IMG/VR virus record: IMGVR_UViG_2773857937_000001
Span: 2,960-66,959 of that record
Length of the DNA stretch: 64,000 nt
DNA from: a virus
Reading direction: 5' to 3' (one strand)
Of the stretch, positions 18,415 through 28,322 are shown in pieces (the first letter of the stretch is position 1; each line of letters opens with the position of its first letter). Made by a program: the position numbers and the translations under genes. The notes under the pieces were generated by a model that was given only the letters and a program-made list of their open reading frames with translations, was not told where the DNA came from and made no database searches.

Positions 18415-19179
18415 ATGGAAAAGACGTTAAACCACTCGGAGCTTAACTCCACAGAGCAGTTGGCCGCCCTTCTCGGCGTGCCAGTAGAAAAATTCCATGA
18501 CGAACTTAAGCGCCTGAAAGAGCAATCAGATGAAATGGATCGCTTTACTAATTTGATGGCCCAGGCAAGTCGCCAGCTAAAGGAAGGTGAATCGGTTGAT
18601 CTGGAGTCTTTCTTTTTCAACGGAACAATTTCAAGCATAGCGGCCTTAATGTTCGCGGCGGAGCTTGTTCGCGGGCGCGGTAAAAACTTTTACACATTCG
18701 ACTATGACCTGCCTGAATTTGGGCGAATTAACGTGACCATCCAAAAGACTGATCACAAAACACCGGCGCAGCGCATTGTCGAGCTTGAAGACGAAAACCA
18801 GATCCTAAAAGGCGAGAGTATTGCCCTTCTGACCAGCGCCGCCAATGAGCTAAATACCTCATGGTTAAACTGTAAAGCCTGTTTGTGTATGCAGGCAGCA
18901 CAACTCTGTATCTCCCAAGGTGACATCCTCCAGGCTCGCAACTGGCTGTCATATATCACTGACGACGCTGGCGCAGACATGCCAGAAGATATGACGGTCC
19001 CAGGCCTTGAAAAATGGTTTAACTCTAACATGGTAGCAAACAACGGTACTGGCGGATTCCTTACCCACAGTCAGGCCGTAGAAACGCTAAGAAAATCTTT
19101 CCCCGCCACCAGCAAAGCCATGGATGAAGCGATGACAGAGCACGTAAAGGAGACAACAAGTGAAATACATCGTGACTAA
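18415..19179 (+). CDS. hypothetical protein (254 aa)
   Basis: ORF in the cassette. Confidence 0.5.
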   Translation: MEKTLNHSELNSTEQLAALLGVPVEKFHDELKRLKEQSDEMDRFTNLMAQASRQLKEGESVDLESFFFNGTISSIAALMFAAELVRGRGKNFYTFDYDLPEFGRINVTIQKTDHKTPAQRIVELEDENQILKGESIALLTSAANELNTSWLNCKACLCMQAAQLCISQGDILQARNWLSYITDDAGADMPEDMTVPGLEKWFNSNMVANNGTGGFLTHSQAVETLRKSFPATSKAMDEAMTEHVKETTSEIHRD

Positions 19180-19329
19180 TTGTGTCTTAGCAGCGCTGCT
19201 CTTAATAGTAGCGCTTCTTCGCGGGGAAAATAGTTTGTGGCTTGGTGCCGTAATTCTGATGAGTAATTGCTACATGGCCAGCAGACTAAATTATTTGGAA
19301 AAACTGATTAAATCCCAAGGGAAGCCATT

Positions 19330-19950
19330 ATGAAAAAAGAAGATATGGTGATGTACGATTCTCCTGAAGCCGCCAGCATTCAGACCGTAACTGGCTGGGT
19401 AGATCGCCATGGCAAATTTTGGGGGGACGATGAACATATGGCGCGCTGGTGCGGTAGCACACACCAGAAATGCGAGAACAATCCCGAACATCCTATTCGT
19501 GAAAGTAAAGGCTATTGTGAAGCCTGCCGTGATGAACGTCAGCATGCACTCTACATGGCCATGGAACGCCAGCCGTGGGACGGCGACACAATGCTGCACT
19601 TGCACAACACTGACGTCTATTTTCAAGATCTGGATAGCATTCGCGACCACTGCTTAGAACGGCACGTATTACCAGAGGAGCTACAGCTGGTGGTATGTAA
19701 CCCAACCTATCCGTCGGAGATCGATGGTTGCGATCACTTTTGCGATGACCTGCCTGAAGATGGTGAGTTACCAAGCGAACTGCAAGAGGCATTTGACCGG
19801 CTTAACGAAGTTATTCGCAAGTGCCCGCCGCTATCTTGGTTCCCTGGCGAGATTGCCGCCATTCTACCGGATGGTGTACTGAGCGCAGAAGAGCGTCATG
19901 ATATTGAAATAGCGCGTCAGGAGGCTGTCGGTGTTAATGACACAAATTGA
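19330..19950 (+). CDS. hypothetical Cys/His-rich acidic protein (206 aa)
   Basis: ORF with CENNPEH...CEACRDERQH and CDHFCDD motifs. Confidence 0.5.
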   Translation: MKKEDMVMYDSPEAASIQTVTGWVDRHGKFWGDDEHMARWCGSTHQKCENNPEHPIRESKGYCEACRDERQHALYMAMERQPWDGDTMLHLHNTDVYFQDLDSIRDHCLERHVLPEELQLVVCNPTYPSEIDGCDHFCDDLPEDGELPSELQEAFDRLNEVIRKCPPLSWFPGEIAAILPDGVLSAEERHDIEIARQEAVGVNDTN

Positions 19951-20386
19951 CGCCTCGCAGTTGACCGGACCCGCCCTTGATTGGGCGGTAGCCAAAGCCC
20001 TGGGATATACCATTTTCATGGCAAACCACGATAGAGGTGATCACCGATGGCCTGGCAATGGTCATATAGTCGCACTGACGGCGCAGCACAGCGTGATCAT
20101 AGTGGGAACCACCAGCTACATCACTATCGAGGGGCCGGATGCAGTTGAAGCATGGCAGCCGACGGTTAAATGGTGCCAATGTGGACCGCTGATCACTCGT
20201 TACCTGATTGAGATAAGCCACGAGCTGGTGGGCCAGGACAAAAGTGTCTGGTATGGATATAACGTACTATTGGATGGATGGTATAGCGCCGATACTCCAC
20301 AGGAAGCGGTATGTATTGCCGCTGTAATTTCCGAACTAGGGAGAAATGTGGACGTACCAATTGAATTACTGGAGAAAAAGCACTGA
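19931..20386 (+). CDS. DUF2591/NinX-like phage protein (151 aa)
   Basis: An N-terminus LTGPALDWAVAKALGY, which I recall from NinX-family prophage proteins. This is memory-based. Confidence 0.4.
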   Translation: MLMTQIDASQLTGPALDWAVAKALGYTIFMANHDRGDHRWPGNGHIVALTAQHSVIIVGTTSYITIEGPDAVEAWQPTVKWCQCGPLITRYLIEISHELVGQDKSVWYGYNVLLDGWYSADTPQEAVCIAAVISELGRNVDVPIELLEKKH

Positions 20387-20712
20387 TGACCACACGTCAC
20401 ATTTTCTTTCTGCTGGTGGCCAACCTGGTGATTTCCTCGCAGGGCGATGACGGCCTATCAATTTGGTGGATGATGTTCCTCTCTTGCTACTTCATCGTTT
20501 TCATCGGCATAGCACGTCGTAGTTATTCGGCTGAAGCCCGCCTGCATGATAAATACGTGTCTGACATACGGGCTGAGTTGGTTGTCGGAAAGTTAAGGGC
20601 GCGTTTCACGCGGATATTAAAGCGTACGGGATGGTGTGATAAGGGATCTGAGGGGACTACTGGACTCGCTCTTGCAAGGGAATACGTCAGGGACTGCATT
20701 AGTTCGAATTAG
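20386..20712 (+). CDS. membrane protein (108 aa, two TM helices)
   Basis: Hydrophobic stretches FFLLVANLVISS and WMMFLSCYFIVFIGI. Confidence 0.45.
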   Translation: MTTRHIFFLLVANLVISSQGDDGLSIWWMMFLSCYFIVFIGIARRSYSAEARLHDKYVSDIRAELVVGKLRARFTRILKRTGWCDKGSEGTTGLALAREYVRDCISSN

Positions 20713-20717
20713 ATTTA

Positions 20718-20734
20718 ATTGCTCTAATATTTAT
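20718..20734 (+). promoter_or_regulatory. C1 operator (ATTGCTCTAATATTTAT), Op2-like, upstream of ref
   Basis: 14 of 17 match. Confidence 0.65.
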
Positions 20735-20788
20735 GTATAATTAGAACTTCGAAGGAACTGTCTACAACAACATTGCCAAACTCCTCCT

Positions 20789-20814
20789 GACGGTCTTCGG
20801 GCCGTCTTTTTTTT
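20789..20814 (+). terminator. hairpin GACGG-TCTTCGGG-CCGTC followed by T8 (intrinsic terminator/attenuator) between operator and ref
   Basis: Read directly. Confidence 0.55.
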
Positions 20815-20827
20815 GGGCGTGATTACA

Positions 20828-21385
20828 GTGAAATTGACAGAAGAACAGATTAAACGGCAAAGACAACGAGCCAATGAGGCATCGCGGAAGGCAATTGCCA
20901 GGCAACGAGAAAAATTGGCTGATCCCGTCTGGCGTGAAGAGCAGTACCGCAAGCGCCGAGAATCAGAAGCCAAAAGACGCGCGCGTAAACTCAACTCCCC
21001 TCCTTCCCCACCAGCGAAACCACGTAAGCCGATAAAATCACGTGGACTCAAAGGCCGTACGCCCAACGCCGAAGAGCGCCGTATTGCAAAAGCACTCGGC
21101 GCGCTACCGTGCATTGCATGCTACATGCACGGTGTGATCACAACGGAGATCTCCCTCCATCACATTGAAGGAAGAACCGCACCAGATTGCCACAAGAAAC
21201 AACTCCCTCTATGCAAGTGGCATCACCAGCACACAGCGCCGTTGGAAGTACGAAAGATTTATCCGTGGCTGGTGCCGGTACATGCAGATGGCAATGTAGG
21301 TGGTAAATCCGAATTTTCCCGCCTTAACAAGCCGGAAAGAGAACTGCTGGTGGATGCATATTCCCTGGCTGGTTTATTAGTCTAA
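20828..21385 (+). CDS. ref: Ref recombination enhancement function (HNH endonuclease)
   Basis: Strong similarity to recalled P1 Ref (IARQREKLADPVWRE...LPCIACYMHGVI...SLHHI.GRTAP.CHKKQLPLC.WHHQH.AP.EVR..YPWLVPVHADG). GTG start chosen by alignment with the P1 N-terminus. Confidence 0.8.
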   Translation: MKLTEEQIKRQRQRANEASRKAIARQREKLADPVWREEQYRKRRESEAKRRARKLNSPPSPPAKPRKPIKSRGLKGRTPNAEERRIAKALGALPCIACYMHGVITTEISLHHIEGRTAPDCHKKQLPLCKWHHQHTAPLEVRKIYPWLVPVHADGNVGGKSEFSRLNKPERELLVDAYSLAGLLV

Positions 21386-21411
21386 TTTAAATATTATTTT
21401 AAAGGTGAAGA

Positions 21412-21645
21412 ATGGATATCAATAAGCAGCAACTACAGGTATTGCGCCGCATAGCCAATGGCGAGCAGGTCTTTCAGGAAAAAGATGGCTTCCGTTGGAG
21501 CGAAGACGCTGGCGGGCAAGTTTGTACGGCTCCCGTCAAAAAGCTGGTGGAGATGAAACTCGTGCGCATAGCAAAGGTTAAAGGCGGAACAATTCTTCGC
21601 TGTGCTGTTACACAAGAAGGTAGCAATTACCTGAAAAACAAATAA
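21412..21645 (+). CDS. hypothetical small protein (77 aa) at mat position
   Basis: The ORF immediately after ref. Confidence 0.4.
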   Translation: MDINKQQLQVLRRIANGEQVFQEKDGFRWSEDAGGQVCTAPVKKLVEMKLVRIAKVKGGTILRCAVTQEGSNYLKNK

Positions 21646-21661
21646 ATAACCATCTAACATA

Positions 21662-22501
21662 TTGATAAGGCGAACTATCATGAAGAATGCAAATACCCCA
21701 CCTGTACAGTTCACTACCTGGAGACATAAAGAAACTAATAACGAACTGATAGGTTATTTTTGCTCTGGAGATCCAAGCATCTTAAATGCCGTCCTGAGCT
21801 ATTTTGGACGCGGGGATTTACAGCATGCTTATCCTTCCGAAACATGGGTAATGCTCAATCCGAAAAATGGCGCGATGTATTTTTGTAACTCTGAAGAAAT
21901 TGAGAAAGACTATACCCCTGCAACCGATACCCAAATAACCCTTTCCCCTATAAAAGATTTTGAAAAATACAGTTCTTCTGATGAGGTGGTAGAGGCTCTG
22001 CAAATCCCTTTATTGGGCGGTATTCGCCGTTTCATTGGGCTAACCAATATTGATTTAACATTACGTTTGTCACCGCAAGATATGTATGTTTCCGTACAAA
22101 CGAATGTCATTAGAAAGAGTGAACCACCACAGATTGTAGCACTCCCTGGCGACTGGATAGTGAAGCATGCCGATGGCAGTTTTAGTGCATGCACACCTGA
22201 AATTTTTGAGGCCACTTATAAATTCATTGATATTGAGTCTGCTGATTTTTCTGATGCACTGATGTGGCTGAAAGAAGGAAAACGTGTTGCACGTAAAGGC
22301 TGGAATGCTGGCGGCCAGTTCTGCTGGATGGTCCCGGAAGGACAATACCCGGCGCGGATGGAAGCAATCAAGGGTTATTACCCTACTGATACCGTCCCCT
22401 ACGGAGCGTACTTTGCACTGAAAAATGCCCAGGATGTGGTAGTGCCGTGGGTTCCGTCAATTGGTGATCTTCTTGCAACTGACTGGATTGTTCTCGCATG
22501 A
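21662..22501 (+). CDS. two-domain protein: unknown N-terminal domain + C-terminal DUF2829 (Tad2-like) domain
   Basis: The C-terminal roughly 90 aa read ALMWLKEGKRVARKGWNAGGQFCWMVP...YFALKNAQDVVVPWVPSIGDLLATDWIVL. This matches the recalled DUF2829 pattern (..AL..GKKVARKGWNG...lvPWv.sq.DLLAeDW.iv). Confidence 0.5.
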   Translation: MIRRTIMKNANTPPVQFTTWRHKETNNELIGYFCSGDPSILNAVLSYFGRGDLQHAYPSETWVMLNPKNGAMYFCNSEEIEKDYTPATDTQITLSPIKDFEKYSSSDEVVEALQIPLLGGIRRFIGLTNIDLTLRLSPQDMYVSVQTNVIRKSEPPQIVALPGDWIVKHADGSFSACTPEIFEATYKFIDIESADFSDALMWLKEGKRVARKGWNAGGQFCWMVPEGQYPARMEAIKGYYPTDTVPYGAYFALKNAQDVVVPWVPSIGDLLATDWIVLA

Positions 22502-23178
22502 CACATGGCGAGCTTAATGATATAGCCCGCCGCTGGCTCCTGCGCGCCGAATCTGCGCGGGGGCCAGGTTGTAAGGTGGCTTTTAATGAAGTGGGCGCGG
22601 TAGGCGATACAGAGCGCGCTGACGCATGGGGTTATCGCTGGGGATGGCGCGGCGGTAGCGTGCTGGTGGAGGTTAAAGTATCCCGTTCTGACTTTTTACG
22701 GGATAAGCATAAGCCACACAGGAAAAGCGGCGGCATGGGAGATTACCGCTATTACATGTGTCCTGAAGGGATAATCAACATTAGTGACTTGCCGGACCGC
22801 TGGGGGCTTTTATGGGTTAACAAGCGGGGACACGTCAAACTGATGGCTGGTCATATCTGCTGTCTCGTGGGTAACAGTTGGGGTGGAAACCGTGATCTCG
22901 CCTTCTTCTGGCAGCACGAGACGGATATGGAAGTTGAGCGCGGTCTTCTGGCCTACATGGTGTCCCGCGTGGGTGATCCTGATGCACTCCTACAGGAACA
23001 GCGCGCCTATCTGCGTCTGAATAACCAGCAAGCAACAAAGATTAACGACCTGGAGAAACGGCGGCGTGAAGACTCTATGACGATATACCGGCTTCGCCGT
23101 CTCCTGTCCAAAAACAACATTGACGATCCCACCAACAAACGCTCACAAGACGATTCAATACTCCTCTTTGATCTGTAA
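22498..23178 (+). CDS. hypothetical protein, possible PD-(D/E)xK nuclease fold (226 aa)
   Basis: A GDTERADAWG...VLVEVKVSRSDF arrangement (D...E.K). This is weak. Confidence 0.35.
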   Translation: MTHGELNDIARRWLLRAESARGPGCKVAFNEVGAVGDTERADAWGYRWGWRGGSVLVEVKVSRSDFLRDKHKPHRKSGGMGDYRYYMCPEGIINISDLPDRWGLLWVNKRGHVKLMAGHICCLVGNSWGGNRDLAFFWQHETDMEVERGLLAYMVSRVGDPDALLQEQRAYLRLNNQQATKINDLEKRRREDSMTIYRLRRLLSKNNIDDPTNKRSQDDSILLFDL

Positions 23179-23222
23179 TAATCGCCCGCTGCGGCGGGCT
23201 TTTCATTTCATTAAAAAAATCG

Positions 23223-23253
23223 TTGACTCTCAACAAATGACTTTTGGCATGAT
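23223..23253 (+). promoter_or_regulatory. P1-type late promoter (TTGACTCTCAACAAATGACT + downstream -10)
   Basis: The TCAACAAATGACT box is shared with four other upstream regions of late genes in this window. Confidence 0.5.
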
Positions 23254-23391
23254 GCCTATATGCCCGGTGCTGATGGGACTCTTTTCAAATTCTTCCATGG
23301 ACGGCACAAGCCAGCGCACCGGGCAACATATCCTTTTCCAGAGAAGACAAGCCGCCCTCATCCGGTGGCTTTTTTATTTCCAGGGGCACCA

Positions 23392-24033
23392 ATGGATAAG
23401 AAAATCTGTGTTGTTTGTCTTAGCGTCGGTAAACCTGCCATGCTGACCGCCGCGTGGGTTAACGATGAATTGATTATGGCCGAGCGCAAGCACTACCCGG
23501 AGCGCCGTAGAGTGATGGAACTGGAGTTGCTGAAGGATCTACGCGAGAAAGAGGAAAAAGGCTTCCTGGTGCTGGTGGAGGAAGAAAACAGCTTCATTAC
23601 CGGGCGAATTGGCCAGCGTATACGCCTTCGTGACAACCACACAACCGGACGTCCAGTATTGGTTGAAGCCATGCGTATTTATAACGAACTGGATCGCCAA
23701 AAAGCCATTAAGCGCCCACGGCAGGAAGCCGGTAAGTATGTTCTTCACCAAAGTATATTTGACGCTGACAGAGATAAAAAAGGCGAAGAATTTTACAACA
23801 TTGCCTGGCAGGAACTGGAAACGGAGCATGTTCTTACCCTGCTATGCTGCTACGCGACTGAATACAACAACGCCGCGAGCGCTGATTACATCCGGGCTAT
23901 GACTGGGGAACTCCATAAACCTGAAGAACCCTCCCTGCTGGAACCCATGCTTAATATCCTGCGCGGCGTACAACAAAGGGATGAAAAAAAAGTACCTCAA
24001 GGTAAGCTGACAGGGAAAGGGAATATCCTTTAA
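23392..24033 (+). CDS. hypothetical protein (213 aa)
   Basis: Start moved to ATG 23392 (MDKKICVVC), downstream of the late promoter. Confidence 0.45.
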   Translation: MDKKICVVCLSVGKPAMLTAAWVNDELIMAERKHYPERRRVMELELLKDLREKEEKGFLVLVEEENSFITGRIGQRIRLRDNHTTGRPVLVEAMRIYNELDRQKAIKRPRQEAGKYVLHQSIFDADRDKKGEEFYNIAWQELETEHVLTLLCCYATEYNNAASADYIRAMTGELHKPEEPSLLEPMLNILRGVQQRDEKKVPQGKLTGKGNIL

Positions 24034-24079
24034 TCTTGATATCTGGAGGCGACACATTGACCTCCAGCTTTCCCTCGTA

Positions 24080-24106
24080 ACATCAACAAATGACTCGCCA
24101 TACAAT
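24080..24106 (+). promoter_or_regulatory. P1-type late promoter (CATCAACAAATGACT-N5-TACAAT)
   Basis: A conserved late box followed by a -10. It is preceded by the hairpin CTGGAGG...CCTCCAG at 24039-24063. Confidence 0.5.
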
Positions 24107-24133
24107 CCCTATAGTTTTTTATGCGGATGACTT

Positions 24134-24511
24134 ATGGCCACCTCAACCACTACCACAAACAGCATCGAACAATTCCCGTTGTCTCGCTATGACGATCGCA
24201 ATATTGCCGATCCGATTTTGCGCGCTGAACTTCGTAAAGAGGTGCTGGCTATGTGCGAATCGAATGACCAGAACCTGACCAACTATTACGTGTTACCTGA
24301 TGAAGAGTATCGACCGGACCTACTCGCGTTTCGTGTATGGGGTATTGAGGATCTTCGCTGGGTAGTCACGCTGGCTTCCGGCAATGAAGATGAATCACAG
24401 CCTATGGTTATTGGTCGAAAGCTAAAACTACCGCCCGCCGCCTGGATCCGCGAAATGATTCGCCACTTCCAGTATGACGGCCAGGTTATCGGCACGCTGT
24501 CGATCACGTAA
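24134..24511 (+). CDS. putative baseplate/tail morphogenesis protein (125 aa)
   Basis: It lies in the late operon, in the syntenic block of P1 genes 26/25/7/24/6/5 in inverted order. The assignment is positional only. Confidence 0.4.
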   Translation: MATSTTTTNSIEQFPLSRYDDRNIADPILRAELRKEVLAMCESNDQNLTNYYVLPDEEYRPDLLAFRVWGIEDLRWVVTLASGNEDESQPMVIGRKLKLPPAAWIREMIRHFQYDGQVIGTLSIT

Positions 24512-24523
24512 AGGATATACGTA

Positions 24524-25741
24524 ATGCCTGTTGAGTATGAGCGTAACGAGCAAGGACGCTACCAAACTGACGGTTTAAACGCCAAAGACTTTAACCGGGT
24601 GTTTGAACTCATTCAGAAACAGCAACGGAAAAACCGTCGTAACGCCCGCCGAACGCTTACCCCACGAACCATGGGTAAGCGAAATCGCGAGCTGGACGCC
24701 TTCCTGAACCTCGGCAAGAAGAAAGACGGCACTTACTTTACCCCTGACGACATACGCAATTTTGACACGGCCAGGCAGGCGCATAAGGGTAAATTCAGGA
24801 ATACAGTACCCGGCATTACCTACGCCCAGCTGGTGGCGCAATCCACCAGCATCGATATAAAGCGCGCAAATAACCGTGTTTCCGATGGCACTGGCATCAA
24901 AGCGGCGACGTTCCTTGGCATAAAGCACAATCTGGCGGTGATCTCCGTTAAAGCCTCAGAAGAGTCGGTCCACCAGCATCACCGCGTGCGCATTAGATTT
25001 GAAGAATGGGACCAGGCGGTAGAGGACATAAGCGAGGATGGGGCTAACAAGGCGAAAATTACTGCTGATCTATGTAAAGGCCGGGTGTCATTCGATTGCG
25101 ACTGCGGCCGCCACCAGTATTGGTATCGCTACATGGCCACCGCCGGAAACTATGCCGTTGCGCCGCCGAAAGAATACGCCTTCCCTAAGATCCGAAACCC
25201 GGACCTGACCGGCGTCGCCTGCAAACACGTACTCCATACAATGGCCCGCTTTCAGTCTTCCACCTGGCACCGTGGGCTTATCAACGCACTAGAAAAGGCA
25301 GCCAAGCAAATTGCCTTTGGCGATGACAAGCGTAAAACCACGACGTTCTTCAAAGGCGAGATGGCTAAAGAGCTGGCCAGAAACCGCACAACAACCACTG
25401 ATCAGGCAAAGGCGGCAAGAGAATATGAACGGTATCAGCAAGCGCAAAACGCACTGGATAAGAAGCTGAAGTCATCCGGGAAAACCGCTGAAAACGTCCG
25501 TCGTCTACTGAAAAAAGCCAGGACAAAAGCCAACAAAAAAGAGGCTGAACTGAAGGCGGCAAAAGTTCGTGAAGAGCAAGCGCGCGCTGAAGCTGCGGCA
25601 CTGAAAAAAGCACTACAGGCCCAGGCTGACAACCTCATTAAATTTTTCATGAGCCAGGGGCAGGATAAAGCGGCCGCCACCGCCCAAGCGAGAACCATTC
25701 TGCAAACGCAGATCAACGAAGCACGGAAGCGAAAGGGATAA
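24524..25741 (+). CDS. putative tail morphogenesis protein with SWIM-type zinc finger (405 aa)
   Basis: [16 protein letters not shown]...ACKHVLH (CxCx..CxH), and a basic coiled C-terminus. Confidence 0.45.
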   Translation: MPVEYERNEQGRYQTDGLNAKDFNRVFELIQKQQRKNRRNARRTLTPRTMGKRNRELDAFLNLGKKKDGTYFTPDDIRNFDTARQAHKGKFRNTVPGITYAQLVAQSTSIDIKRANNRVSDGTGIKAATFLGIKHNLAVISVKASEESVHQHHRVRIRFEEWDQAVEDISEDGANKAKITADLCKGRVSFDCDCGRHQYWYRYMATAGNYAVAPPKEYAFPKIRNPDLTGVACKHVLHTMARFQSSTWHRGLINALEKAAKQIAFGDDKRKTTTFFKGEMAKELARNRTTTTDQAKAAREYERYQQAQNALDKKLKSSGKTAENVRRLLKKARTKANKKEAELKAAKVREEQARAEAAALKKALQAQADNLIKFFMSQGQDKAAATAQARTILQTQINEARKRKG

Positions 25742-25743
25742 CC

Positions 25744-26496
25744 ATGGCAGGTTTTTTCGATGACATGTTTGAAGATGGCGAGAAATCGCCACATGTGACC
25801 GGTGATACGCTCCAGGACAGTAAAGCCGATATTACCGGTGACGACGATGAAGGACTGTTTCACGTCGATTTTGATGAGTCAGATGCAGAGGAAGAGGAAA
25901 ACGATGCTGAAATCGAAAGCAATGGTTTGGACGTTGGCAATTTTATTGATCCTTTGGAGAACGCTGACATTCCCAATCTGGATCACGGCCTGCTTAGTGA
26001 TTCTGGTGTGCGCCATCGTTATGAAGGTCATGCAGTTTTTAATAACCTTGTGCGGATGGACTGGCTCAAAGCCATTAAGTTAGATCCAGACTCATTTGAT
26101 GCAGTGTTATATCGCGCGGTCCCCCATAAGCAGGAAGATGTGCCGGAGACGGCTTCCGAAGTCATTGAGCCTAACCAGAAGGTCTATGACTACGAGGATC
26201 CTGAACTAATAACGGCTCTCGACTGCCCTGACGAAATGGACTCGTTCCGATCACTCTACGATGGCAGCGATAATACCGGTATAAGCGAAATGGCTCTCAT
26301 TTTGCGCCTGGCTGCGGTTAACGTGCCGGTGGGCTCTATGCTGGAATGGCTTGAGCAACAATCAGATGGCTCCAGCGTGCGGCGATTCTGGTACATACAT
26401 CGCATTTTTAACTACGGAACCGCAAAGGTCGGCAGCCTGTTTTATTGCGTGCCGTCCCGCGCATTTGAAGGGAATTTTGATGGCAACACTCATTAA
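25744..26496 (+). CDS. highly acidic protein (250 aa)
   Basis: The N-terminal 100 aa are more than 35 percent Asp/Glu ([26 protein letters not shown]). Confidence 0.45.
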   Translation: MAGFFDDMFEDGEKSPHVTGDTLQDSKADITGDDDEGLFHVDFDESDAEEEENDAEIESNGLDVGNFIDPLENADIPNLDHGLLSDSGVRHRYEGHAVFNNLVRMDWLKAIKLDPDSFDAVLYRAVPHKQEDVPETASEVIEPNQKVYDYEDPELITALDCPDEMDSFRSLYDGSDNTGISEMALILRLAAVNVPVGSMLEWLEQQSDGSSVRRFWYIHRIFNYGTAKVGSLFYCVPSRAFEGNFDGNTH

Positions 26497-27277
26497 CCAG
26501 GAATGGCTGCTTGCGATACTTCGTAAAAAGCAGTTAACGCCAACCGGAAAACAGGAATTCGCTCCCATTGAGTGCATTGATACTGCCTTCGCTGCGGCGC
26601 TGAATGATGCTTTCGAACCTCTTGTTGTCTCATCCACCAACCGAATGAATAAGTCGTTTGCTGCGTTCCTGAATCGCTCTCCGCGTGATCGCATTACTGT
26701 TGGTTCGTTCAACGATACGAAAGAATGGCTTGCATCATTTGAGGCGTCTCGCGCTGGCCGTAAAGACTCCCCTCGCCCGCCTGGAAAAGTAAACAAACTG
26801 GCTATGCCTCTGATCAACCTAGCCCGTTCCCCAGCCTTCTCCATCTATGAAGGTGAGCTAAGCCGGGATGTATTTGATGATGGTCAAATTACGGACGATA
26901 ACGACGAAATTTCCGCGCTGGTGGCCACTATTCCGTTTTCTCTGAATTACTCATTGTGGATCGCCAGTGATGAAAAAGAGTCGCTAGGGATGGTCGCGAG
27001 CGCACTTTCTTTCTGGCTTCGTTTATATGCCAGCCATGGGCAGGCTACCTTCACGGCCACCAGCATAATCAACGACGTGGAAATGCCAATAAACTGCGTC
27101 ATCGAGGGGCAAAAATCCATCGCATTCGTCCCGATCACCACTGGCACCGAAGAAGACAGGATCGTTGGTGTTGGACTCGATATGACGGTCGTAGCTGATA
27201 TACCGCTACTCACGTATGTCAAACAGGTAAATGCGCAAATAACGGTCAAAGCGAAGGTCCGGGAAGGATCGCGATAA
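26480..27277 (+). CDS. putative baseplate/tail protein (265 aa)
   Basis: Start moved to ATG 26480 (MATLINQEW), which overlaps the upstream stop. Confidence 0.45.
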   Translation: MATLINQEWLLAILRKKQLTPTGKQEFAPIECIDTAFAAALNDAFEPLVVSSTNRMNKSFAAFLNRSPRDRITVGSFNDTKEWLASFEASRAGRKDSPRPPGKVNKLAMPLINLARSPAFSIYEGELSRDVFDDGQITDDNDEISALVATIPFSLNYSLWIASDEKESLGMVASALSFWLRLYASHGQATFTATSIINDVEMPINCVIEGQKSIAFVPITTGTEEDRIVGVGLDMTVVADIPLLTYVKQVNAQITVKAKVREGSR

Positions 27278-27299
27278 AGGTCCAGGTCACTACAGGAAG

Positions 27300-28322
27300 T
27301 TGTTTATGGCTACTAAAACCACATCGGCCCCTGACACCGATTCTAAACGAACGCAGTTGTTCTTGCAGACCGTCAAAATTGGCGAGAATGAGATCCCGCG
27401 AGAAATGATTGTCGGGTGTGTGTATGTCGAGCCGGGTAAGCTGACCGGCCCGCAACTCATGTTAACTGTGCGGGATAGCACGGCCTATATCGTGAATAAG
27501 ATGGGGGTAAAATTTGGCACCATTTTGACCGTTTCCTTTGGAGATCCGGATGGTATAGGAGGGCTGCTATTTTCCGAGGAGTTTTTCGTACTCAAAGCAC
27601 CGCGTAAAGACGATACCGTAATGGTATATGCTTTTAGTAACCCTGTGCGGCTGCTGAAAGAACCGACCACCAGCCCGCAATACTTCGTAGATAAACAACC
27701 ATCCGCCGTTGTCGGGGCGCTGGCCCCGTCCCTGAAGGTAATTGCTGACTCCTTCAAGAAAACTGCAACCTACCACCTGAATGTCGGGGAGAAGCCTACG
27801 CAAGTGCTTCAGGATATGGGCCGGGATACTGGCTCAATGTGTTGGGTGTCGCGCGGCGCAATCAACTTCCGTAGTCTGGATAAGCTAGCCAATGCAGACG
27901 CTACACTAACGTATGAGTCCGGCAACCCGAACACAAAAGGTTTAACGATCACTCAGTTCAATATCCTGAACGCCGATTACGAATATCAGCGCCGCCATAA
28001 TTACCGAATGGCCAGCTATGACATGAAAAAGGGTGTTGTGTACTCAGGAAGCAAAGACGCGCCGATAAAATTCACCAGTAACCCAGATCCGACGGCACTG
28101 GCCAACTACAACAAATTTATCATGCCTCGATTCGACATGCTGGTGGAGGGAAACACACTATTAACTCCTGGTGCTGTGATCAAGGTGCTGGTTCACAGCA
28201 TGACGCAGGACGGCGGGCTGGATGAGTCTGTCCCCGGCAAAATGGTGGTTGTTTCGGCTACCCATTTTGAGGATCGCTTTCGTTACATCACGCGCGCGCA
28301 ATTGGGAGTGGTCAATGGCTAG
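27300..28322 (+). CDS. putative baseplate/tail protein (340 aa)
   Basis: ORF in the late operon. Confidence 0.45.
   Translation: MFMATKTTSAPDTDSKRTQLFLQTVKIGENEIPREMIVGCVYVEPGKLTGPQLMLTVRDSTAYIVNKMGVKFGTILTVSFGDPDGIGGLLFSEEFFVLKAPRKDDTVMVYAFSNPVRLLKEPTTSPQYFVDKQPSAVVGALAPSLKVIADSFKKTATYHLNVGEKPTQVLQDMGRDTGSMCWVSRGAINFRSLDKLANADATLTYESGNPNTKGLTITQFNILNADYEYQRRHNYRMASYDMKKGVVYSGSKDAPIKFTSNPDPTALANYNKFIMPRFDMLVEGNTLLTPGAVIKVLVHSMTQDGGLDESVPGKMVVVSATHFEDRFRYITRAQLGVVNG

Noticed and set aside
20737-20749. TAATTAGAACTTC as an additional C1 half-operator next to the ref operator.
   Set aside because: Only 8 of 17 positions match the consensus.
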